Shown here: piece by piece, positions 12,001 through 23,533 of the stretch
How positions within the stretch are numbered: position 1 is the stretch's first letter
How the letters are laid out: every line of letters starts with the position of its first letter
NCBI RefSeq assembly: GCF_902459465.1
Contig: NC_047064.1
Span: forward strand, 2,418,001-2,482,000
Reading direction: 5' to 3'
From: Asterias rubens
Taxonomy: Eukaryota
DNA: 64,000 nucleotides
Notes under the pieces: model-generated
What the model was told of the DNA's origin: nothing
The model's database searches: none
Seen by the model: the letters and a program-made list of their open reading frames with translations, nothing else
Position numbers and translations under genes: made by a program

Positions 12001-15000
12001 CCTTCACTGGTGCACGGTCTGAGGATTGATCCTGCTTCACTGGTACACATTTCAATGATTCATCCTGCTGAACTGGTGCACAGTCCACTGATTGATCCTC
12101 CTTCACTGGTTCGCACTCAGATGATTCAACCTGATTCACTAGTTCACACTCCGATAAATGATCTGGATGAACTGGTTCACAGTGTGATGATTGATTTAGC
12201 TTCACTTGTTCGCACTCTAATGATTGATCCTGCTTTAGTGATTCATAGCCCAATGATTGATTCTGCATCTCGGATTTAGACTCAAATCGTTCTTTCACTG
12301 GTTCACACTCCACTGACTGATCCTCATTCTCTGGTTCACAACTCGATGAGGGACTCTGTTTCTCTGGTTCACACTCCGACGATTGTTCCTCCTTCACTGG
12401 TTCACACTCCGGCGATTGTTCCTGTTTCACTGGTTCACAGTCCATTGCTTGATCCTTTTTCACCGGTTCAAGTTCCGATGGTTGCTTTTGTTTTACTGGT
12501 TCACAATCCAAAGATTCGCCCTGTTCTACTGGTTCACATTTTGATGGTCCATCCAACTTGACTGATTCACAATCCATTGATTGATCCTCCTCAACCAGTT
12601 GTTTGTCTATCGTTTCATTCCCTGGTTCACTGTCCATCGTTTCACCTTCCGTCATTGATTGAATGTCTTTTGATTGGTATTGCTCGGCTGGTTCACTCTC
12701 AATCGGTATAGTGTGTGTAGCTGTTTCACTGATCTTTTGGGTTTGCTGTTGATCTTTATCAGTTTTTCCTATAACAGAACCCATTGCCTGATCCTCCATG
12801 ACTGTTACCTCAGTGTCACTACCCTCTGAAGACTTGGGTTCTGTATGCTCTATAAGGCCGCCTGTTTCATCACTGCATTCCCCTAATGCTATGACAAGTA
12901 CTGTATCTTCCTGATCACTGGCATGATCATTCTCATGCTGGGACGCACTGTCTTCTCCCGAACACCAAGCATCAAGATCCCGCTGTACTTCAGCATCTGG
13001 TATCTCAGCTGTGGAAATGTTTAACGACAGATTACCTGAACTCATGTGGCTGTCTTCACCATGTAATGAACCCATATCGCTGCATGAACCAAATACTTCA
13101 GGAACTGTTTCAGGGGAAATTCTTGGCTCTTCAGTGGATTTTGGGACTGTATCCTTTAAAGATTGTTGAGGATCTTCTTCTTTACTGTCAGGATCTATAA
13201 CAACAAGGGAGGATTTTTGCTGCTCAGTACAACTGTCTGATGTGCAATCGTGATCCACTTGTTCACTTGTGGATGTATCAAGAGGTGTGGAACTCGTATT
13301 TGGTATTGCTTCATATGCAGTGAGTCTCTGTTCCTGTGATTTGCTGATTGCTTCCTCTGAAAGTCTTTTTGTCTGATATGAGACTTCAAACTCGTCAGTG
13401 TCCTCTTCGAATTCCAAATGAAGCTGACCTTCACCTGAATCTGTTACAGTACCATCTTCATTTTGGACAATCTCTGAACTCTTCTGATCATCAGCACATA
13501 TATTTGGTGATTGCAGGGTATCAGTTGATGCTGCAAGACTGAGAGTTTCTGTTGGTGTCTGTTGACTGTCGCTTAGTTCTACTAAGGGTTGGTTTGATAA
13601 TGTTTCTAATCCAGCACTCTCACAAGCTACCAGTTCATGTTCCACTGATGGGAAGACAGTTTGTTCAGGCACAGTGTTACAGACTTGGCGATCACCAACT
13701 ATTTCATCACAAGGAGATCTGATGCTTTGCACTTCTCTTAACTCTAAGACCGGAGAACAACTCTCTGATTCCAAAGTAGCTCCATCCTCGGATTTGGTGT
13801 CCATTGGAGTTATTGACATTTCTAGCACTGACTTTTCCTCAATCACAGTCATCCCTTCCCTATCTTTGTTATCCAGATAATTTGGGTTTGAAGAGCCAAG
13901 GTCTAACAAAGTGATTGCTGCATCCTTAGTTTCATCACTCTCTGCAAATTGAGATCCAGATTTGAAAGTTGTTTGCAAGTACTCTTTAGGAGTTTCTCTT
14001 TCATGCCCTGCCCCAGCATTCAGTTCTGTGTTTGGTGAGGAAATCTCTGATTTGTGTAGCTCCGATGGATCAGACAATTCAGCTGATACTTTCTTAACAT
14101 TTATGACGTTAGAGACTTCTGAAGTTTCTGAGGTAGGGATAGTTTCCTTTACAAGGGTCTTTTTTGAGTCGGATCCCTTCCCTTGGTCTGTGCTTCCCTG
14201 CTGCGCTCTTGTGCCTTCTTTAATGATGACCTTCATTCCACCGCTTGCAGAATCCAGAACAGCCTCAAAGATTGCTTCAACCTGTCCAGATTCACTGTTG
14301 TGTTTCTTTAATGACCTTGTCATTGCTAGTATGTCTTTCACTTTCTTCACTCCACCTACTTTAGAAGCTGCCTTCACCCAGTAAGCAGCATCCTTTGGCT
14401 CTTCGTCATCAAGGTCCACAACAGGGGTACCACCTGTTGATGAGCCTCCTGTACTCTTCAAAACCTTTGTAGTTTTTCTGCGCTGTGATGATGTTCCGGA
14501 TTTGTGAGTAGCAGACCCATGTTGGTGAGTTTTAGTCAAATTTACCACATCTGGGAATTGTTTCATTGGCATGGATGGTTCTCCGTGGCACACTTGTTTC
14601 ATACCAGGATGGTGAAAGTTACCCGGAGGTATTCCCAACTGCTGGAGATGTTGCTGTTGTTGCTGCTGTAGCATTGATTGTAAAATGTTACTATTACACA
14701 TATTTGCACCCTGTTGGATCTTAGGATCTATCTGTTCTACCGGTGTATCCAGTCTGAAAGGCCTTGGCATTCCACGCGGGTGTTGCATTACATTCATCTT
14801 AGGATGCACGAATTGTGGATTGATAAAGCGATTTGGAAACTGATGTGTCTGGGCATAGTTGGGATGCTGTTGCATACCTGGCATCCTGGGAAAAGGGCCA
14901 CCACCCATGGCAATGTGTTGGAGCTCCTGTAGACCTCTTGACCTAATGTGGGGAAGTCCCATCTGTGGATCTGTTGGGAATTGCTCAATTTGTGAAACAT

Positions 15001-18000
15001 TTCCGGTACCGTGTTGTTGATTTGCTCTGATCATGGCTGCGCACCATTCCTGCTGCTTTTTTAACCTGGCTAACTCATCCACTGATTGATGCTCACCCAG
15101 GTTTGTTGATTTTCCGGTCGAACACACAACATTGTATGAGCCTGTTACCTTGGTCGACTCATACTGGTGCATTAGGAAAAGTCTGTCCGTGTTCATCTCA
15201 GGCACTTTGTGAGTTGATAAAGCAACTTCTGATTGTATTGTCTCAGATTCAACAGAGGCACGTCCATGTGAGCTGTCACTACTGTGTAATCGCGGTCTCT
15301 TGGTCCAGCCATCGATGGCATCCTCAATGCTCTTTGTGTTTATTCTCTTTCGCTCAGGAGAAAAAGTTGCGCCTTCTGGAAAGGGAACTACGTTCGCTAC
15401 GTGAGGCTGGTCTTCTAAATTGAGTACAGCATTCTCCAGGCACTGTATTGGGGACTCACTGATATTCTCAACGGCAGATGTGCTACCTTCACTGCTGGTC
15501 TCAGTTGCCACAGCAGCGTCAGAGAGTTTTAATGATTCCACACTTTGCTTTCTCTTTGCGCTTATCTGTGAAGGTGCTATTTCATGTTTCGAGCTGTCCG
15601 GTGTTACGTTAGGCGTGTTGTCGTTAAATAAGCCCATACCAGACATCAGGTCGCCTGCATGATGGGGTGCAGGACTTTCAGGAGGTTGAGATTGCTTTGC
15701 TGATTGGGCTTTAGCTGCAGCTGAAAGTAGACTACTTGCTGGGAAGGCACTTCCTTCAAGTGACTGGTTAAATATTTCTTGCAGTGATATATTACCAACT
15801 GGAAGTTTTGGATCTGTTTTTGTGTTGTGCATAGAGCTGGACTTGATGCTATAAGTCGGGTTGCTGTCTTTTGGGGTGACTGAGGTGCTCATTTTATCTG
15901 CTTTAGATTTGTCCACAGGTTTTGTTGACTCAATTGGTGCAGCTTCTTCCGAGTCCTGGCCAGGTACAACAAGGCTCTTTTTCGACCGGTCTTGCATATA
16001 GAAGGCCACATCATTTCTATTGGCAAACAAGGCTGGATTATTGCTCATATTAGCAGCAGTCGAGGAAGCCCTGTTTTGATTATGGTACATGTTGCTGAGT
16101 AATGGAATCACGCTCGGAGAACATCCATCCAGGTGCATGCCGACCATATTCTGTCCGTCCACAACAGGCCCATGTACCTCCCCATGAAAGGGGAATGAGA
16201 AGGAACCATGGTTATGGAGTGTTTGCATTTCATTTGGACTGACGGTAAGTTCACCGCTTGATCCGCTTCTTTTTCTCGACCTTGAAACAGTGTTGTGTGG
16301 ACTTGCAGCAGTAGGTGTGTTCTGTGGTGCTACCTCAGCACCTCGGGTAAACGGTATGTTCGGACAGCGAAGGGTTGGGCTCGAGTGTAGCACCCTTCCG
16401 TCCCAATGTTCAACAGAGCACTGATCAATAGGCGAATGGAGAGATTCCTGGCTTCCCCTGCGTGGGGATGCCTGGCGTGTAAGCTGCTGGTGGTGAAGCA
16501 GAAGCTGCTGCTGCTGGTGCTGCTGCATAAGCTCCTGATGCTGCATGTGCAAGAAGCGCATCTGAGCCTGTCTCTGATGTGACTCGAGGCTGTGCTGCTG
16601 CTGATGCAAGCGATGATCATAAGGGATGGATTCCATTGAAGGCATATGTTTGGTGATGTTTTGCGGATGGTGCTGGTGCCTGCCTTGTTGTAGTGCTAAG
16701 ATCTGCGACACTGAAAGGTTGGGATACTGAAAATCACCGCCAGTCTCGGGTTTCGACTTTGACCTTGCCCTCTTCACTCCTGCTGCATAAAAAACAACAC
16801 AGTAGGAATTTTAGAACAGACCTAGTAAAAGTTACACATCCAATATTCTGTTGACTACTCCTTGGAATTTTCACTTTTTAGAAAAAAGAAAAGAAAAAAA
16901 ATTCATTCAAAAGCATTGTGAACAAATCTAAAGCATACAGTATATACCTTTAAGATTATTTGACAAAACATTTTAATGTACAACCGCACTTTCAACAACC
17001 TGAATTGGGTCATTTTGAGATCATGACATATTGTGTTTAGTAAAAAAAGTTTAGTGTTGAAATGTTTTTCATGACTGCCTAAGGAAAAAACCCCACACCC
17101 AAACACAACAACTTTAGACTTGTTAGGATCACACTAAGTTGGCATTCCATACATATCTCTTTTCTCTTGCTTGGCTTTATCGACAAGTCTTTACAGTGCA
17201 AATTGGTTTTTTTACAATTGAATAGTATGAAATCTGTTAAATCTGTTAAAGTTGATGACAATTAGCATTTTTTGATTCATGTTTTTAATGCCCAGGCTAC
17301 AACTGTAGCAATTTATTATTGCATGGTTTAATAGTGTAACCTTCTTTTGCGATTTTTAATGATACTTTGTTTTTAATTATTCATAAAAAATAAAGAAAAT
17401 TAATAACCAATTTTGTTTATAAATAACCCACTAATTTGTTTTTTTAATTTATTTGCTTTATTTTATTTTCCTTATTTTAATATAGTGGAGGGGAAGAGAG
17501 ACAGGCAACAAGAGAGTGTGATAAATCTTGTCTCTATTAGTTAAAAGGAAGGTACATATTTGGTAATGAAAGCACACAAATTCGTCCAACAAGGGTGTTT
17601 TTTCTTTCATCATTTTCTCGCAACTTCGATGACCAATTGAGCTCAAATTTTCACAGGGTTTTATGCTTATGTTGGGATACACCAAGTGAGAAGACTGGTC
17701 TTTGACAATTACCAAATGTGTTCAGTGCCTAATGAAACTTAAAAAAAATTCAACTTGGAGACTAATACACATGTATACATGTGCATTATGCATAAACAAA
17801 TACTAAACTGTACTCATTGCCATAAAATTACAATACAATACTAGTAAACAGGTATCAAAGTCAAACATCAAAATATCTGATACCGACCTTTGCTTCTCCC
17901 AGGCGCTGCCAAGCCTCCCCCAGGCGGACCGATGTTTGTCAGGCTCTCCTCGTTCCCCTGAAGCCCCGCTGCCATGGCAACTAACTTATGTCTATGCTTG

Positions 18001-20499
18001 CAGAGAGTCTGGAGATGACTCCGCTGAAGGATGTCAGATGGTAGCTTGGGTCTTGCCGGCACCCTAGGGTTGAAGTTGAACACTCTATCGATGATCAGCG
18101 GACATTCTAATCCACATTTGCAAGTGCCTTCTGCAAGGAGGTATCGCTGAAGCTCATCGGCACAATGCAGAAGGTGGCCACTTGGACTGAGGGATATAGT
18201 ATAGGAAACATATGTTGAATTTAAACACTGATGCATGGTGTAGATTAGATTTAAGCCTTTATAATGCAAAAAAAGCATCATTCGAGTGGACTCTACAAAA
18301 AAAAAAACCCATGTCTTATTTGGAAGAGCAAACAAATGCGGAATTGTCTGGTGAAATTTCCTTAAAATCAAACTGACCATAGAACAATTTTACATTAAAT
18401 TATTTGAAAGGAAAACAACACAAATAAAATTTCCTTATTTCCAACCACATTACATTTACTACCGTACAATATATATTTAACTGTACGCACAGTATGTACA
18501 ATTATTAATCAGGTTCATTTAGGAAAACTTGAAAGATTTTGTTTGCGTCCCAATTAACTTTATACATCGATTTTTGAAAGCTTTAAAACAAAATTGGGAA
18601 AAAAAGACAAAAACCAACCAAGGCAAACCCCTCTTAGTCTCCATACACTCCTTATAAAGCATACATGTGCTTACTCTGTTACAAGTGCATTCATTCCTGC
18701 TACGACCTGACGACTGTGAGCACGCATCCAACAAAGTGAATTCAGATTTAACATTCATACTTTGTCAAAATATAAAAACCATAGGCCTACGCTTGGAAAA
18801 ACATTTGCGTTTGTTTGATTGTAAGTAGGATTTGAAACTTTGCATGGTGGAAATACGATATAGAAAGGTTTGCGGAACACCATCAGTCATGTCAGTATGC
18901 TCTGATCGTCTTCTGGGACAATCAGAGCATACTGATCGAAACGTCGAGTTGAAACCAGCGGTTCTTTTCAGAACTACCCCAACTCATTAGAGATAGTCAT
19001 TACTTGGTATTACCGCAAACCTTTCTATATTGTTTAATTGTGTTCATACTTTCATGCGTTGTACATGTATGTCTTTTCATAATTGATAGTTTTGTCTTTC
19101 TTTCCAATCTATACCCCAGATTTTCCCATTTTCCTACCATGAAGTCACTGCCCTCTATACACCGCTGTATTCTTTCAAGGGCATGGTTTTCATTCTCTTA
19201 TCGAATTTGCCATAATGCAAAAATGTTAAAATATTTCAATTTGTCCGACTACATGTACGAAACTTCCGTTTAACGAACTCAAGTGTCAAACACGTAAACA
19301 ATGGTTCCTTATTTTAGTTGATCTGTATTATATTTTCAAACTCAAATCTTTAATTTGGTATTAGGGAAACAAATCAACTGTGCAAATCAATTGACAGATA
19401 ATGTTATTCACTACAAAATAAATAAAACGTGTTATACATGAAAGTGATCACAATGAAATTTATCAAAGGATTTCTAGGCACATTGGAAAACCTTGTGACT
19501 TTCCTGCTGCTTTGAAAGAACTACACATGACGCAAAATTACACAATGTAAAGGTACTTAAAGGAACACGTTGCCTTGGATCGGACGAGTTGGTCTATAAA
19601 AAGCGTTTTGTAACCGTTTTCTATAAAATGCATATGGTTGGAAAGATGTTGTAAAAGTAGAATACAATGATCCACACAAATTTGCCTCGAAATTGCATGG
19701 TTTTCCTTTTACTTTGCGAACTAACACGGTCGGCCATTTATGGGAGTCAAAAGTTTGACTCTCATAAATGGCCGAAGTTTGACTCCCATAAATGGCCGAC
19801 TGTGTTAGTCGACGAGGTAAAAGGAAAACCACGCAATTTCGAGTGATACTTGTGTGGATCAATATATTCTACTTTTAAAATATCTTTCTAAATGCATTTT
19901 ATACCAAACGGTTACAAACGTTTTTCAAAGACTAACTCGACCGATCCAAGGCAACGTGTTCCTTTAAAATAATGTGCGAGTGCTAAATGGTTAAAGCTAG
20001 GCTGACAGAATATCAATGTTTTTACAGCTAATTTATGTCAACAATGGTACATGAAATGTTAAAAGAGTTTTATAAACTGTGTGTACTGTAGTGCTTCCTC
20101 ATAATACATCTAGCCTATAAATACACAAAACCAGGCCTGATTCTTTGTTCTAGAAAGTGCAAGGGCACCAATGCCTTTTTTTCTGTGAGGAAATTGTAAA
20201 TTTTAGTTTAAACGTTACAAGGAGCACCAAGGCAGAAACCAGGGGCAGTGGAGGCAATTGCCCGGTGTTTTCAATAAACATCAGGTCTACAAAACACTGA
20301 GATGTTATTCTCACCTTACGTAGACGACCGAGCCATCTCCCCATATAGTACGATTCCATCCCATAGGTACAGTGGTATACCCCAAGCCTTGGTTCCCAGC
20401 GGCAGCCATTGCAGCATTCATGTAGCCTTGCCCTTCTTGGTTCATGACGCTTTGCCCTTGATGGTTGCCAGGAACATTTTTGCGGTTTGCAGCATTCAT
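5957..20499 (-). CDS. MBD5: MBD5/MBD6-family protein (MBD + PWWP), spliced, about 2748 aa
   Basis: Coding exons on minus: 20499-20315, 18186-17888, 16782-9436, 8706-8555, 8179-8067, 7466-7388, 6028-5957. All introns are GT-AG with compatible phases; total 8247 nt = 2749 codons. MBD: [88 protein letters not shown]. Both match MBD5 as I know it. Confidence 0.92.
6216..6470 (-). mobile_element. Non-LTR retrotransposon 3'-end fragment
   Basis: FERVTRLS..HPYTL..YSNSFIPRTASLCNSMP resembles a LINE ORF2 C-terminus; a related copy lies at about 57886-58090 (+). Confidence 0.7.
7041..7217. mobile_element. Small MITE (TIR AATAGACCTTATGCA)
   Basis: aatagaccttatgca..tgcataaggtctatt. Confidence 0.75.
7388..7466 (-). 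CDS. MBD5: MBD5-like PWWP exon c
   Basis: [26 protein letters not shown], donor gtaagt, NAGNAG acceptor. Confidence 0.88.
8067..8179 (-). CDS. MBD5: MBD5-like PWWP exon b
   Basis: [37 protein letters not shown]. Confidence 0.92.
8555..8706 (-). CDS. MBD5: MBD5-like PWWP exon a
   Basis: [26 protein letters not shown]. Confidence 0.92.
9436..16782 (-). CDS. MBD5: MBD5-like giant internal exon (7347 nt; Q-rich, acidic, 11-aa repeat)
   Basis: Open frame of ORF 9395-16777; acceptor ttttttatgcag at 16783 and consensus donor CAG|gtaagc at 9435, in phase with the PWWP exon. Confidence 0.88.
11500..12640 (-). repeat. Coding tandem repeat, 33-nt/11-aa unit (consensus C-E-P-V-K-Q-D-Q-S-x-E), about 33 units
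   Basis: Recurrent tcctgcttcactggttcacac every 33 nt; CEPVKQDQ units in the translation. Confidence 0.93.
17888..18186 (-). CDS. MBD5: MBD5-like exon 2 (MBD C-half)
   Basis: [39 protein letters not shown]; cag acceptor, gtcggt donor. Confidence 0.92.
19557..19967. mobile_element. MITE family C (long TIR TTAAAGGAACACGTTGCCTTGGATCGG, central palindrome)
   Basis: Near-perfect foldback; second copy at 52445-52834. Confidence 0.88.
20315..20499 (-). CDS. MBD5: MBD5-like coding exon 1 (MBD N-half)
   Basis: MNAAN..VPMGWNRTIWGDGSVVYV, donor AG|gtgag; candidate acceptor at about 20576. Confidence 0.85.
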
Positions 20500-21611
20500 T
20501 TGAGGTTGTTCAGGTTGATCGTATGAGGAATGGTGGTTCTACATGCGTAGGATGCTCAGAGCCATCAGTGCAACTGCTGGGTGAAGAAATTACCCAAACT
20601 TATGAGCAATAATGTCTACTGCATAATAATTAAAATTCCATCAGACTCTTTCAAGAACAGAGTGGTGATAAGGTTAAAAATTTATTCAGACAAAGAGGCA
20701 ATTTTGAACGGCTGTGGTTAAATAATAAATTTTAGTAGTGGAAACTTATCAACTCACAACAACTGGGTTTTTACCCCACTAAAAATGTTAAGAGCAAACC
20801 TTGATCAGGCCTGACACAAAGTTACGCAGATCCAGGAAATGAACTGATGTATTTTTGAGTGTCACTGTATGTTGAAGATAGAAGTCATAACAAATCATGA
20901 AGCGCAGTATGCTGTGTTCATGTAATTACATGCATTCACATTTGTATATATATAATGTACACAAACGTAATAAATTGTTTGTAAATTTGTATTTACTGCT
21001 TGCATTTACAAATTATTTTATTATTGCGACTCCATTTTCCAAATTCAAAGTTTACAAATTTAACACGAAGTTTAAAGCTGAGGGTGCTAGTTAAGTTGAG
21101 GGCTAATGCAGAACCAATCCAGCCCCCCCCCCAACCCTGCCATCTCCCTACATGAATAATAATTGCTTTATCCCATTAGAGACTATAGCGACTGCCAAAA
21201 GCGGCCACATATAAAAAACCTTTGCTTACACAAAGATGTTAGAAAAAAAGGTTTGGGACTGAATTGACTTTTCAAATGCTTCCAAAAAACAAAATTATTT
21301 ATTTCTGTTTTTTCATAAATGTTCTGTTTTTTTAAATTAATTTTCTGTTTTTTTATTAATTTTCCTGACATTTTACCAGGTCGAGGCGGAGTGTTTCATG
21401 GAAATTTCCACCCCACTTAAATGTGAATAATGCAAATGTTAGTAACTCAAATGAATATTATTGTCATACAAGAATTGCTTGTTATAAAAAGTAAAGACAT
21501 TTGTTCACTACATGTAGTGCAACATTTAAACACTCTTCTTTGTTTGTTCCTGACCTAGCAAGGCATAAATAATCTACAAAATATCATATTATGACAAAAT
21601 TACAAAAACTG

Positions 21612-21978
21612 TAAGGCAGTGGACACTATTGGGAATTGTCAAAGACTAGCCTTTACAGTTGGTGTATCTCAACATATGCATAAAATAACAAACCTGTGAA
21701 AATTTGAGCTCAATTGGTCATTGAAGTTGCGAGATAATAATGAAAGAAAAAACACCCTTGTCACATGAAGTTGTGTGCGTTTACATAGTTGATTTTGAGA
21801 CCTCAAGTTCTAAATCTGAGGTCTCAAAATTCAATTCGTGGAAAATTACTTCTTTCTCTAAAACTATGGCACTTCAGAGGGAGCCGTTTTTCACAATGTT
21901 TTATACCATCAACCTCTCCCCATTACTCGTCACTGTCAAGAAAGGTTTTATGCCAATAATTATGTCCACTGCCTTTAA
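21612..21978. mobile_element. MITE family A copy
   Basis: TIRs and shared internal sequence. Confidence 0.85.
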
Positions 21979-23494
21979 TGAATTTTGTTGTCGGTTTGAA
22001 ACACAAAAATCAGTAGAACCACAGGGTTATTCTATCGGCAGCTAATTGCGCCACAGCACCTTGTAAAGCATCTGATTACATGGTGCTATCAGAATTAGGT
22101 CTCATAATTCAAACGTAGTCCCACATCTGGCAGGAAATACTGTATGTTACAGCGCCAGGAGCGTCACTGGGTGACGGACATGTGCGCTATACAAGAAGCC
22201 ACAATTATTAGTATTATTATTATTATTATTATTAAACTATTAAAAAGAGGAGAAGATCTGAACCAGCCAGGTATTTAAATTATCCAAATTGACTACTGTA
22301 TAACGTGCGTAACTTGATTTACTTTTTTGTAACTGATTTAAATCCATGAGAGAGTTGCATTTTTGAGGTTTCCTCTATGAGGAGTATTTAATTTATAAAC
22401 ATACGCAACAACATTTAGTAGAACTTTTGCATTGTCTTTTTCAGAATTTCCCAGGACTTGTTGATAATGCAACAAAACAAAAGTAACATACCACCAAATC
22501 TGTTTTGTTGTTAATAACAAGAGTTATGGCTGTGCTGCAATAAAACAAAATATAAAGACATTCCACACGGGTACCTAGGTCCTAAATTGTGATTATCCCC
22601 ATCAATGGTTGCAGAGGTCTGAGGATCGAGGGTAATGATCGCAACTTACTCCTAGAACTATGAGGTTCATTCCGCAATCGTCTCCACGAACACATTCAAT
22701 GTGTTTCTTTAAAGTGTGACTGTAGTTCAAGTTGCAATGTGACATTGCAACTTGAATTACAGTCATCACACACCACAACTGCAAACAGTGCAAGTGCAAG
22801 TGCAACTCTGTTGAACAGATTTACTTTAGACGGACAATTCCTTTTTTCTTAAAATACCCTTAAGTTTTCGATTCACTAACACTACAGAATCACAAAACAC
22901 AATCCCAAACAAATTTATACTTAGATACCAAAATGCACTTGCATCAAAACACAATGCAGTTTTTAGCATGTTTACTGACTTGACAAGGCCCTGTTCCTGT
23001 GCTGCATTCATCAACCTAAAAATTATAATTCATTTTTGTCTTATTAAAAAATGAAAATGGTAAGCATTTTTAGTCACAAAAATTCACAAATTATCTCACC
23101 ATATTCATCATTAATTGAAGTCCAAACCTTACTGGGAGCTAAAAATGAGCACCAAGAGCAGTTTCGTGGAAAATAAGGACGAACATCCAGCTTAATTTGT
23201 TGTCATAATCTAACATTCTACCCATCTCTCTCACTCAGTGGTGGCAGACATGTCAACCCACAATAAAAAATATAAAAAAATATGCAAATGACTTTAAGGT
23301 CACTCATGATAAATAAACAGTGAAATACCTTTATTTAAATCAACTATTTAATAACAAAATATTTCTTAAAAATATACAAACTATTGTTTTTAGTTTTTTC
23401 AAACGCATAAAGTTTAAGTAAATATTATTTTGTTGCAGTTAATAATGAAGTACCACAATAGTTTTAGATTAATGTCCAACGCAGGAAATCCAAC

Positions 23495-23533
23495 ATGGCG
23501 TTCGCCTGTCAACAGAATAGTTACTTAAAAGAG
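23495..23533 (+). CDS. AARSD1: AARSD1 exon 1
   Basis: MAFACQQNSYLKE|gt. Confidence 0.9.

Noticed and set aside
11518-12279. 253-aa plus-strand ORF
   Set aside because: It is the antisense shadow of the 33-nt coding repeat of MBD5 and has no independent features.
18893-18937. 15-bp hairpin followed by GATCGAAACGTCG (similar motif near 150-190)
   Set aside because: It resembles retroelement (Penelope-like) termini rather than an ncRNA, with insufficient evidence for either call.
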